DNA of 64,000 nt, taken from Eutreptiella sp. 'Long Island Sound 2002' (lineage: Eukaryota > Protista > Euglenida). The notes under the pieces were generated by a model. It made no database searches, was not told the DNA's origin, and saw only the letters and a program-made list of their open reading frames with translations. The translations under genes and the position numbers were made by a program. The DNA lies in the NCBI GenBank assembly GCA_964036045.1, contig OZ038378.1, positions 54,622,001 to 54,686,000 on the forward strand, written 5' to 3'. The first letter of the stretch is position 1, and every line of letters starts with the position of its first letter. Shown piece after piece: positions 23,705 to 34,999 of this stretch.

Positions 23705-25440
23705 GTGTTCCAAAATCCGCTCGATCAAGTCCTGCTCGGCGGACATGTTGCTGATGCTGAAGAGTCTGTCCGAGGGAAGCCTGCATGTGGCGCTGCCCCC
23801 TCCTCACCTTATCGCATCCCTGCCCCGGCATGGAACTTGCCACCGGGGCGCCCCGTGCACAACCCACGACACGTCGAAGTATGCAAATAGCCATGTCATG
23901 CATTGTGCTTGCACACCGCCCTCCCTATGGATGGCCGACCAATTACGCCCTGACACCTCGTCCAACCCCTCCACCTGACAGCCACCCCCCCCCCCCCCGA
24001 TTGTTGTGCTGGTTATGACCATGTTTCAGAAAGTGGTTGATGCTTCCTAAAATGTCACCCAGCACATGGCCAACCCAAATGGCCAAATGTTCTGCAACAT
24101 GGCATCTACATCATGCTCCAAGCTCAGTAGATACCATGATGCTGTACCAACAGTAAGTACAGTGCCGGCGGAAATCCTTTGCCACGGCGGCACAGTTCAA
24201 TGGGTTAGGGCCCTGATATGTACAATGGAGGGCGTGCAGAAGGTCCCACAGGTCCGCAATGGCCTTGTACTTGGCTGTCCTCGGCCTAATGCCGAGGCAC
24301 CTAGCAATGTCCGGCCATGCCTAAAAAAAATTGGCCGTTTCTTCCCCGTCCGCAAAGGCGACCCATAAACGCACCAACCTGCACGCCTCTCCGACAGGAG
24401 AACTTGTAGGTCTTGACGGAGCGAAGGGGTGACCGCCCTAGCCTCCCGGTCGACAAACTCCCCCAACAAGCGGCCCATGGCCATTGTCAAGTGCAAAATG
24501 CACAAGACGACCCAGGCGACTGGCAATCGCACAATTTGCTACGCACTGCAACCAGCGGCTTGCAAAGAAGGCGTCCCAAGGAAGAAGGCCGTGTAGTGGG
24601 CCTCATCACCCTCCATGGTCCGCGGGATAGCACTACCCTCCCACGTCTTCGTTTGGGCATTCCATATCCCCTCGTTGAACATGCAGCCCTGTTGGGGGCA
24701 TGTGGACACCCCGATCACCCTTCGTGTCCGCGGTTGATCCCCCCCTAAACTCCTCGCCTAGGTCACCATACCCAATTGGCTCAAAATTAGCCCCGCAGCC
24801 CACCTTCAATGCAGCTCAAGCGCCAACACCCTCGAACATGTGTGTGTTGTGGAACAAGCGTTGTTTGCAGGGCAATCCCACTCACACACGACTGTATGTT
24901 TGATTTTTAGGGGCCTTCCTACGTGACTTATTTGCCAAAATGGCAAAAATAGAGGCTCCTGGAGGAGCCATAGGAAACAGGCGACAATTAGGGTATGGTA
25001 GTTTTGGCAAGCAAACCCCTCAACCCGGTCTTTGAACAAACTAGCTCTGCGGCCCTAACGCACCTCAATCTCCTTGCGCATGCGTAAAGGGTGTGATTTT
25101 GCACCGCCTAATACGTCATGGAACTAGAGCGCTCACCAATCCCCGGGTGGTGCCAACAACGGCGCCAAGGTAGGGTGGTGCTCTTCACACCAATGTGGCA
25201 AGCGACCCCCCCCCTAGGCGGCCTGTCAACAATCTTTCTCACCAAGGCACACACGAGGAGGCAGTGATTGCAGCGCAAATGACCAGGATGGCTACCGCCT
25301 TTGCTAAGGCCCCCAACGCCAAGCCCTAGCAACTCTGCCATGTGCAACCCCCGCAACGGCTCCAACCCATTCCACTAACGCTGTTCGGGCACCAAAAGGC
25401 CTCAACAAACTTTGGCACGGGAATAGGGTACCTGCAACCC
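23705..25440 (-). pseudogene. RAG1/Transib-like DDE transposase, subfamily A-prime, 5'-truncated
   Basis: Motifs in order: GGDQPRTRRVIGVSTCPQQGC (second Asp at 24737-24739), WVVLCILHLTMAMGRLL, DGEETANFF, ASWYLLSLEHDV, GDILGSINHFLKHGHNQHNNRGGG (Glu position reads GGA) and QCMTWLFAYFDV. The order parallels RAG1 GYDEK, CxxC, DALHCDIG, NGNFARKL, TNYFHKTLAHV, GNESGNKLFRR and KHHWLYTS. Confidence 0.75.
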
Positions 25441-25637
25441 CATAGGCCACGGCAAATGTCGGAGGCATTCTTGTGTTTCCTAGGATGTAAAATTGGAGCG
25501 TGATTGTGAACAACACGAGGTTAATATTCAATTTTTTCTACGCGCTGCAAATATTACAAATCACAGATCAATATTCACGCGAAAATAAAAAAAACGCAGT
25601 CGTAAAAATTACCTTGTGTCTTGCGGCTCCCTTTTAG

Positions 25638-27460
25638 GTAATGGATGTTCTTGTTAATGACACTACCTGTGCCATGTCCAAGACATTGCGCCATGTCGAC
25701 GGCACCCAAGCCTTGTTCTTGGGGACCCTAGACCGTCGTGTGCCCCACTATTTGACCGTAGACTTCCCGAAGTTTCTAGGGCTCCGTGATTGCGAGGCCG
25801 TTGGAGTTTGCTTGGAGGTTTGGGTGGCCTTCAAGCATGATAGGCCAAGGGAACAGGCAGATATTGTCGAAGGCGAGGTTGACAAGGGCACGGAATAAGG
25901 AGTTGTGGAGAAGGATGAGAGAGGAGGTGGGAAGGTTTGAGAAACTAAGAGGAGGGGGGTACGGAAGAGGAGAGTGGCAAATGCCTAAACCCCTTGCCCC
26001 CCCCTCTTGGGTGCAAGAAGGAGACGGCCAGGGGGTGATGGGCCGCCTAAAGGATTTGTGGGGCGACTTAATGCAAGCCTCACAAGACATCCCTCAAGCG
26101 GAGTGTGTGGCCTTGCGTCCGACAAAGAAGGACACCTTTGACCTAACTTCCGCGCATGTCTTTCTAGATGACACACAATACCAACAAAGAGTAGTTGACC
26201 TACACAAAGAATACTACCCCAATCGTAAGGCCCCGAATGGGGCAATAAAGGTGTACACCGTAGTGCACACCATGTTGGTTGCCCTAACCCACCTTCACAC
26301 CTTGTGGACGAGAAAGGTCTATCTTTCAGATGTTGAGGTTGAGGAAGCCGAAAGATGGGCCAAAAAATTGGGGCACCGTTGGAAGTTGATGGGGTGGAAG
26401 GCAACGGTATGGGTGCATTGGACAGTGTGCTATATGTACCCTTCGTGAACGGGGGTTAAGTGGCCGTTTGAATCCGAGATTCACGGCCGTGAATTTCACG
26501 CGAATTTGACCCACTTTTGGTGTTTTTTTTTAGAAAACACTACATTTTAGCTTCAATATGACGCATTAGAGGGGGCAAAAGTCAAGTTTCATTTTCAGTC
26601 CCCATGATTCAATGAAGGTCCCATCCCAAACGGACCCATCAGGCCCAAACGGCGCCCAACAAAAATCCGGGAATTCCGTCCCCGGCCCTTTGGGCCTGAA
26701 TTTGAGGAATTCGCACCAATTACGTACGAATTTCGTTCGAATTTCGTACGAATTTGTAGGAAATTCGTACGAAATTCGTGCGAATTCGGCAGATTGGTAC
26801 GAAATTCGTGCGAATGTCGCGCGCGCTTTCTGCGAATTTCACCAGAATCTCCAGATTCGTACGAAATTCGCACGAAATTCGTACGAAATTCGTACGAATG
26901 TCGTACGAATTTCCGAAATTTCCAAATCTCAGCGAAAAATTGCCCAAATTCACGTGAAATTCACGCAAATTCACGCATGCGTGAATTTGGTAAATTCTCG
27001 TTGCGTTCACGGTGATTGAGCCCAACATTATCAAGCTACCAACAAGGTTAAGCATCAAATTTCAAGACATTTCTAAGGACAACGTTTTGGCGAAGGTGGC
27101 ACAAGAAACGCAAACGATGGCGCCAAGTTACGAGCAAAACAAAGCAAAAATTGGTGAAATTCACGGTACGGTGAATCTCGGATTCAAACGGCCGGTTCAC
27201 GAAGGGTACATAGTGGATGGTTTGAGAGCAAGTATCGCACAATGTATTTCTTTACTGCAGTGCCGATCCAGAGGAGGAACTCATCCTATAAAGTGCACAT
27301 TCAAAATAGTTTCCGCGGGTGGTCGGTGAAGATTCAACGTGTCTCTGTGAGGGGCGTGCGGCATTTGCTCAACATCTATGGATTGGATGCTGGGCTAAAA
27401 CTCTTTGGGAGACCATCCACCGTGACAGGGAGAGGGCAAAAGAGCAACAGGCGTGAATAA
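25638..27460 (+). pseudogene. RAG1/Transib-like transposase, C-terminal half, subfamily B, split by a MITE
   Basis: VPCPRHCAMS, then the 25786-26448 ORF ending ...GWKATVWVHWTVC, then the MITE, then (H/Y)SGWFESKYRTMYFFTAVPIQRRNSSYK. This gives an H-x4-H zinc motif and an E-x-x-N-like motif reading QRRN. An AT-rich intron-like tract ending CCCTTTTAG precedes it. Confidence 0.6.
26435..27210. mobile_element. MITE of 776 bp with TGTACCCTTCGTGAAC termini, TA-flanked, and internal TTCGTACGAA palindrome repeats
   Basis: Long imperfect terminal inverted repeats (26435-26505 versus 27156-27210). TA at 26433-26434 and 27211-27212. Removing the element and one TA restores the frame TVC-Y-SGW. The palindrome array spans about 26720-26910. 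Confidence 0.85.
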
Positions 27461-28269
27461 CATGGCCTTGGGGAAGTGTCTTTTATTGCGCCACTTGTGC
27501 ATGTTCAAGTTCGGAAAGAGGCTCCGAGAAGTCATTTTGTGAAGTGGTTCGCGATCAGAAATTAGGCCCAGAAGTCACTTTGAGAAGGGGTTCCCAATCG
27601 GAAACTGCCTGTGGGAACCCCGCGGGAAGGTCTGAGAAGGCAAATACAAAAACGGCCCATTTGGGCTCTTTGGACCGGGACCGAAAATTTTCCACATGTA
27701 GGCACCCAAGAGGCTGTGAAAACACCCCCCGTCCAATTGGACCATCTACATGTGTTTGGTTTGGAGTCGGGGTCAACTCAATCCAAAAAAGGGGGGGGTT
27801 CCCGCTACCCCCTTCTCGGTGTCACCACATTGCTTGCCTCACATGTAGTTTTGGGGGAGGAGGCGGTGTTGACATATTGGACGGCCTTATTGAATCGCCG
27901 CATTGCCAAGTGGCAGTATAATGCCCACACAGCCAAGTAGTGGCCCACCTGGTCATCCTCGACGTTGGTAGCCCCAGTCAAGTCCCGTAGTGCCTTAGAT
28001 ATTAAGAAAGGGTCCTCCCCGGTTGAGGATGGTACATGAGGGGGAGTGGACACACGTTTCATTGGAACGAAATATCAAAACTACAAGGGTGAGAGAGGGG
28101 GACAAGGAAGAATGCACCATAGACAGTACAAAGGATGAACAACACTGTAATGCACAAAATGGCACTTCCGGGTACAAAGTGTATCATTCTAGTATTGATC
28201 AATGTAGCATAGAATGCCGGCACGACATCGTCCTAGGCTAGAACAAAATTGGGTCTTCTAGGGTGTGCC

Positions 28270-31200
28270 TAGGGACTATGTGCTCTGAGCGCTCTTGTGG
28301 AAGCCTCCACGTGGGTGAGCCCGCAAAGTTTCACCGACCGTCCCCTAGTGGCGGTCCTAGTGGGCGTGCCGGGTGTGATAGTCTCCCCTTTTCTCCTTTT
28401 GGTATGCGTTGCGGTGGCGCGCGGGGAACTCTTCCAGACCCTAACACGGGCTGTGGCGCCGGGATGGGGACCGTTCCACGCGGTGGGGACGGCTATTGCG
28501 TCGCGGGTGCTCGGGTTCCGGCTTGTCATGCACTACGTGAAGCGAGTTCAAGTCGCCGTCAGCGTCACTATCGAGTACCCTCCACGGCTCTTTTGTCCAC
28601 GCCCACCGCGGTGTGTCTTGCAGCTAGTGTGCTCTCTTTCCTGGCCCGGGGTCCATGGTGTGTAGGTCTGCTTTTTGGACTTCGCCCACAAGATTGTACA
28701 CCCCCTTGGTGTGTGCGGTCATAGTCCGCGGGCTGGACCCCCACGATGGTGAAACTCGTCGAATGGTTCAAGTGGGCGTATGAGATGGACGAGAGCCCTA
28801 CCCCGAACTTGATCAGAAAAGTAATGCTTAGCAACCCGGTGTCCACGGCCATTGCCGGCGGGTTGTCCACATTTGGCCACCATACCGAGAGGACTTACAA
28901 AAACGCCTTGGGGTCCATGTTTTGCGGTGTGTGCGGCCACTTTGTGCGGCCCCCAATGCCTTGTTGGCGGCCCTCGCCTCGTCTCGGCCGCGGACAGAGT
29001 CCCCAGTAACGTGCTAGATATACGTGGGGGTTAGCCATGAAGTCCTGCGGTACTTCAGTGAAACCCAGCGGGGTGGACAAGCGGGTATGGAGCCACTCCC
29101 ATTCGCCGCGGATGGTAGAGTGGGGTAAAGAACAAGCACGTGCACCACATTGCTTGAAGATTTTTAGATATAGGGCATGGGCCACGTTGTCCACACATCC
29201 CTGCTCTATGGTGGGGGTCCAACCTAGTAGGTCCGCCAACCTAGCATCCTCGGTTGTGGTAGGTGAGGCGCCTCTGGCGCTCTCGGGGGGGGGCAACCGC
29301 ACGTGGGCCACAGGCCACTGAGAGAGGGATCGCAAAGAACATGCTAGGGGATGTGGGGGACCGTGCTCCATATGTGATGGCCATCCTAAGCAGACTTCTC
29401 AGGGCTTCAAGGTCATGCGCTTGGGAGGAAAGCAGAATGGCGGCAACCAAGATGAGCAGGCCGAGTGCCAAGAATTGTGCGATTGGACACTGGAAGCTCG
29501 AATGTAGCAGGCACCCAATGGCGGACGCGGGTCGCAAATTGGTCGGGGATGCTACCCACAAAGGCGGGTGGAGTTCAACGGCATGTGCCTCAGCGATCGG
29601 ACCAAGTGGCCTAGCTTTGCCGGTTCTACGTGGCGTTGCGCTACCGCCATGTGTTGCAGCTATGCTAAGGCCCCTTCCCGTTGATCTCGGTTGAGGCTGA
29701 CGTCGCGTTGCAGGGATTCAACACGCGTGGTATGGCGCTCCGGTTGTAGCGCCCCGTGGCCGTCCGAGAGCCTCGCGTTGTCCTCAGTGCACCCGGCTAC
29801 GTCCACCTCCGAGATAACTCGTGGCTTGAAAAGACATCCGGGCACGAGGGAGCGGATTGGAAGGAGGGGATGGGCAAGTTTGGGTGTTATGGTGCCACAG
29901 TCGCTGGTGCTACCTTGGAAGGGGGTTCCGGGATGGAGAAAAGGCAGCATGGGGTCTTCAATAGAAGGGGGTAGTGGCTGGGGAGGCCGCAGCCTCATCT
30001 GTCCCATACAAGACTGACAATGGCCTGACGTCCCAAGTGGCGAACAACGTGCTCACCGGACTTGGAACTTTCCGGCCTTGGGTGAGGAAGCGCGCCTAGC
30101 TAGGGGTGGGCGAGGCAAGGCACATGGCAATGTCTAGCACCCTAGCCTACGAGAGGACAATTGTGATCGCAATCGCCCAAGAGTTATCCCCTGCTTGACC
30201 TATTCAATGCAGCAGCTTCGCGGTGTTGCCACGGATGATGCAATACCGTTTTAGGGGCCGGAGCTGTACAGGGGATGCTCGTTGGTTCGCCAAGGGGGTT
30301 TTGCTATTGTAGATGCGGTGAGTTGGCCAGAGAGGTAGACAGACGCCCTGCAAGCCAACAAGCCCAACTTCAGAGGAATTAGTTGTGCAGGGGGTAAATT
30401 TTTCATGCAGCGTGTACGTCGTTCGGCAACGACCTCAAAAAAAACGGCCCTCACGTCATGCACCTGGACACGGCCCCACGTGGGTTGGAGGTGGGCCGAG
30501 AACATGACTATTCGGTTTTAAAGCAGCTTGTGGGTGACTTACGGATTCTGCATCTCGGGGGCTGCCTCCGCTTTGGGGGATGGGGCTTTCTCACTTGGCC
30601 GTGTGTGTGGCCTGAAATCTGGCTTGGCGAAGGCACATCGGAGAGATTGGGGCGTGCCACGGAATCTACAGTGTGTGTAGCGGCGCCATTGTGGTGCTTG
30701 GGTCCCGGGAGATTTATTCGAGAAGGGGGCCTGCCGTCGTCGAGCGCAGGAGGGACATGTTCCAAGGTCTGCACGCCGGACATAGGAGGGGCTACCGTGA
30801 CTATTGCCTTCAATAAAATCCCCCTGGGGGTCCAAGCTCCAGTGATCCCGGTGATGGTTTGTATTTTACGTTCCGCGACTACCCGCCGCAGCGCGTCGCA
30901 GAAGTCCGATCCCACAAACCGGGGCATGGGCGGCAGTGCCGGCCGCCTCCAACGCCGCATCGTGTTTCAATAGGTCCGTGTCAACGGGCAGGCGGTCATC
31001 GTCGGCAGATGGCGCAATGTCCATGAGCAACTTGGGGAAGGGGCTGCGGCGCAGGGAGGCCCCGCTAGTTGCGCCGGGGGAAGCAGGGGGTGAGTCTTGA
31101 GACAGAGATGACCATCATTTTGACATGTTAGTTTGTGACGGGGAGGAGGTGAGCCGGGCACTGCTAGGAGGCAGCCGTTTCCGCCTTTACACTTGGCACG

Positions 31201-31870
31201 CTGCCACCACGAGGAGCGGAGGTGGAGAAGAGAGTCACATGTTCAGCACGCCATCAGTGGGGCCATTGTGCATGTTACATGAATGGAACGGAATCAGCAC
31301 AAGGAAGTGAGGGGCACCCGGCGGGCGCGCACCTCCGTTTGGGGTCCCAGGACTCGGGGGAGGGGGGCGTTGTGGGTAGCAAGTCGCCAGTCCGTGGGGC
31401 TACAACCCTATTTGGCCGCGCTTGGTGACGGGACATCGGGCCTGGTAGTCTGGGAAGAAAATGAGTGCGGTGGAACGATTCACGATAACCTTGCACAAGG
31501 CACCGCAAAGACGTGGCGGGACGCCAAATGCAGTCCACACTGCAACCCTTCGCCCAGCGGCTTCGAATGGCGCGGTCAATGCGTTGGCCACAACAAAGAC
31601 AGTCCAACGCGCCCACTATAGAGAGGCAGGGGTTGCGCAAGGCAGAGGGACGCACCAAAGATGGGGCTCTCAGCCCTTGGAAACACGGCTTCAAGAAGGA
31701 GTGTAATGGAAGCAAAGCAACATGAGGGTGTGACAGTGAGCACGAGCGTTGCCCACGCTGGGCCAAAGCGAAGTCATGTGCCAAGACTACCAACACGATG
31801 TATCACCACTCGTTGTCACCAACCGCTGCGTGGGAGTGCGTGTGGGCCAATTGTCCCACAGCTACCATTC
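28270..31870 (+). mobile_element. Heavily decayed DIRS/Ngaro-like retroelement, tentative
   Basis: Vestigial RT-like segments GGFAIVD...SFGN...LVGDLRIL (about 30290-30550) and RNase H-like SDPTNRGMGG (about 30905-30935). An upstream segment contains CGVCGH. Many stops; no clear tyrosine recombinase motif. Confidence 0.3.
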
Positions 31871-32589
31871 TAAGGGTTTTTAGACTAGTGCTTGGCCACT
31901 AGCGGAGGGGAAGGGATGATAGCAGGGAGGAGGGCGTGGAGCACGATGGGCAGGCCCGAAAGAAACTTCAAGGGAGTTAACGAGGTCATGGAACGCAACA
32001 CTCCATGAGTCAATCGCGCAAACGTGGACTTGTGATAGGCCCCGCGGCGGCCTTTGTAGCCGGGGCAGCCCCCCCGCCCCCGCCTTTTTTGAACGCATTC
32101 AGTCCGAGGCTGTTCACATAATCATAAAACACATTCAGCAAAGTTGAATAGGTTATCGCTCCCTTGTATATCCCATTGTTTATCACGCGCAGAACGGAAT
32201 CAACGTTTTTTGTTCGTCAAAAATGAATCCATAAAATTTTGGGATTCCGGGGGGGGCTTCGCACATACCGACCGTCGTGGAAGCATCCGTTTTGTTCATT
32301 TCCACTATTTTCCATGTGAGAAGTGTATCATGCCGTTGCCTCTACCGTGCCTTTCGTGCTTCGTGTGCCGCGCGTGGTCCGCGTTTTACGGGTTCTAAGC
32401 GTTCCACTTACCGTCGGCCTCTGCATACTCAAAAGTAGTTATCGCATATCCGTGCACCATGTGTTTCACATACCACGCGTATCAAAGAATTGCTTCTTTT
32501 TCTGCTTCTGGATTCCGGACCCACGTATGGCGCGAGCTACACATCCTCCTGTGCCACAGTCCTTTATTTTTGCCCGCACCCCTCTTCCC

Positions 32590-34450
32590 GGACAGCCACA
32601 AGCAGTGGGTTGCCAAGGTGGGCTACTTGGGGAGCTGGGGGAACGCGGCCATGCTCAGACACAACGCGTTCATTGTGTTTCAGATCAAGCAACAGACATG
32701 TATGTGATTATTAAACGGGCTGGAGAGGGGGTGTTGTGCCTTTTGGTACCTCCCGTCTCGACTTCGTTCGTGTCTCAATTTCGTTTGTTTTTGTGCCTCC
32801 GGGGCTCTGCCACGTGTTTGTTCACATTGGTTGGCACGTTGCCTGGGTCAATCGCAAGATGCTCGGTAGCAAGGGATGCCGAGAAGATGAGATGTACCTC
32901 ATCAACGTGACCGCATACCAAGTATCCATGTTTGACACGTGCCATGTTGTTTTGTATCTTTGCACCGTCCCTGTGCCGATTGAGCCGCCCATGCACCCCA
33001 ACCTTGTTGCCTGCAGGTGAAGACCAAGAAGGGCAGACCGCGCGATCCCGCAAAAGTCCAAAGCTGCCATGCCAAGCCAAGTGGATTGTTGGAGTATACC
33101 AAGGTTGTATCGCGCTAGTTGCGTGTTGCATCTAGTAGTGATTTTGCCCTGTGTCACACGTGTTTTGGGCGTGTTGCAAGCGAAGCTGGTTCCGTTGACG
33201 TGCCTCTCGTTCCGCCTCTAGGGATGCATTTACCGTGCTACACGTGCTGCGCGTTTCGCATATTCAACAGAAACGATTGTGGACGTAGATGGAGAGAAAA
33301 GAGGAAGAGAGTGGGGAGGACGAGGAGGAGGACAACTAGCCAGGCGTGGACGACGGAGAGAGGAAGAGGAAAAAGAGAGTGAGAAGGAGGAGAAGGAGGA
33401 GGCAACCCACAGCAAGAAGCAGGCGAAAGTCGCACCGAAGAAGCGAATACGAGAGGAGGAGCATTCCCACGACGCCCCAAATGACAACCCCGTTTTGGCG
33501 GAGAAAGGGTTCTCCGCGAAGGGAGCACAGTCCACCATGGTGGAAGTGAAGCAGGAGCCACAAGCAATAGCAGACAAGAAGAAGCGGAAGGCAGAGGAGC
33601 ACAGGCCGCCCAATGTGCCACCACAGAAGTCCGACGTGGAGGGGGGTACGACTGTGATTTGGAGACAATGCAAAGAATCATGGAGACGGAATGCAACGTA
33701 ACGTTGGGCAGATTGGTGAAGCACTACCAGCATTGGTTGTCGGAGGAACCAAAGTGGAGGCAACGGGTCGGTTTGGCCGTTTTGTTGCACACCAACATCC
33801 ATGCCCTGAGCATGCAAAGCGTGTTGAGATGAGGAACCAAGAACACCCGGTCGGCCGCAGAAGCCCGTGAGAATTTTGAGAAACAATATCCCTCGAGTAG
33901 CACGCAGCAAGTGGCGGAGCGCTTGTTGAAGGGACTTTCAGTTTGTACGGGCTGCACCGCCACACGCAGTGGCAGGTGAACCTTAGCCCGCCATCGGAGG
34001 GTATGTCTTTGTCAAAGCTAAAGATGGAGGGCCTGCGAAGTGGTGATGGTGGCGGCGGGGTCATTGTGTCAGAGCAATGGGGATTGAAGACATCGTTGAC
34101 ATGGAAACCGATGTCTTGCACGGGTTGCGCACAACCTCTGCTAAGCTTCTGTGTGGTCGTCGTGTGTGTTTTGCGCTTTCTATGCGTCCGCTTCTAGCCT
34201 GCCCGTGGAGGACAAACCACGCTTGGCGCGTTCTGCAGGACAAGTTGGTCCGTTACGTTTTAAATTGGGCAGTCTGATGGCCTACGAGTTGGAAGAAGAA
34301 CGGTGCATGGAACTCCCGGGAAGTAGAGCATGGTTCGTAGTGCGCACTTGAAAGCTAGCGGCAAAGGAACAGCGGGTATATGCGTGCTTTGTGGTCAAGG
34401 GGTTCTGCGGAATGTTGCCTCCGCTCTGCCTTTGGAGGTCGGTTGTCGCG
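32590..34450 (+). pseudogene. Multi-exon pseudogene: two AP2-like segments, a charged linker and an HhH-GPD (endonuclease III-like) glycosylase-like domain
   Basis: KQWVAKVGYLGSWGNAA and GWHVAWVNRKMLGSKG each end near a GT donor (32700, 32922), with an acceptor CCTGCAG at 33016 and a K/E-rich linker at 33279-33700. Then come LAVLLHTN, LHGLRTTSAKLL (HhH-like), PV.(T)NHAWRVL and a vestigial SAECCLRSA (Fe-S-like). Confidence 0.4.
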
Positions 34451-34611
34451 TAAAGCGCGTTTTACGTGTGTTGCACGTATAATACCACATTCGCTTCTGG
34501 AGGAGGTTTGCCACGCTACATGTTGTGCAAATTGCCGATTGGGATGGGGAGCCCCGTCAAACGAGCCAGTACTAATACCCACACCTCCCCCCCCCCCCCC
34601 CCCGCCAACAC

Positions 34612-34904
34612 GAGAAGGTCTCGTAGTTCAGCGGTCATGCACGTGACGCCTGAACTAAAGGTGCTCGGTTCGAATCCCGGTGGAGGCCGATCGCAGTATC
34701 CTAGGCGCTAGGGTGTCGGTGACCCCGCGAGCCGGAAGGGAAGCTGCGTCGGTTCGAACCCCGGTGGGGGCGGAACGCAGTGTCCTAGGCGCTAGGGTGT
34801 CGGTGACCCCGCGAGCCGGAAGGGATGCTGCGAGGGACAGGTAGGGATCACTGATACGCTGGAGTTCGGAGATCGCCCGAGCAACTTACCTTACCTTACC
34901 TTAC
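34612..34904 (+). mobile_element. Full-length tRNA-derived SINE with 11-bp TSD, internal 84-bp duplication and (CTTAC)4 tail
   Basis: A box TAGTTCAGCGG (34624), B box GGTTCGAATCC (about 34668) and a second B box GGTTCGAACCC (34751). TSD CCCGCCAACAC at 34601-34611 and 34905-34915. Tail at 34885-34904. Confidence 0.9.
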
Positions 34905-34999
34905 CCCGCCAACACAATACCTGCCCCTTCATGCCCACTGTCCGCCTCAGCAGCCACTCCCGCACAACCCGCAGTGGCCCCCCTATCCGCCGCTGCTGC

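Larger units (their letters stand above)
19170..28265. mobile_element. Composite RAG1/Transib-like unit bounded by 33-bp inverted repeats that begin with CAC
   Basis: Left end CACGCTAGAAGACCCAATCTCGTTCTAGCCTAG. Right end (reverse complement of 28233-28265) CACCCTAGAAGACCCAATTTTGTTCTAGCCTAG; 30 of 33 positions match. It contains two head-to-head transposase remnants. No TSD. Confidence 0.75.

Noticed and set aside
26595-27058. ORFs of the RTNFVRISYE type
   Set aside because: They are translations of the palindromic MITE interior on both strands.
34617-34688. Functional tRNA gene
   Set aside because: The acceptor, anticodon and T stems have mismatches. The sequence sits in a TSD-flanked unit with a body and tail, so it is a SINE head.
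34885-34904. (GTAAG)n as the 3' tail of the minus-strand LINE at 35-37 kb
   Set aside because: The run lies inside the SINE target-site duplication, so it belongs to the SINE.
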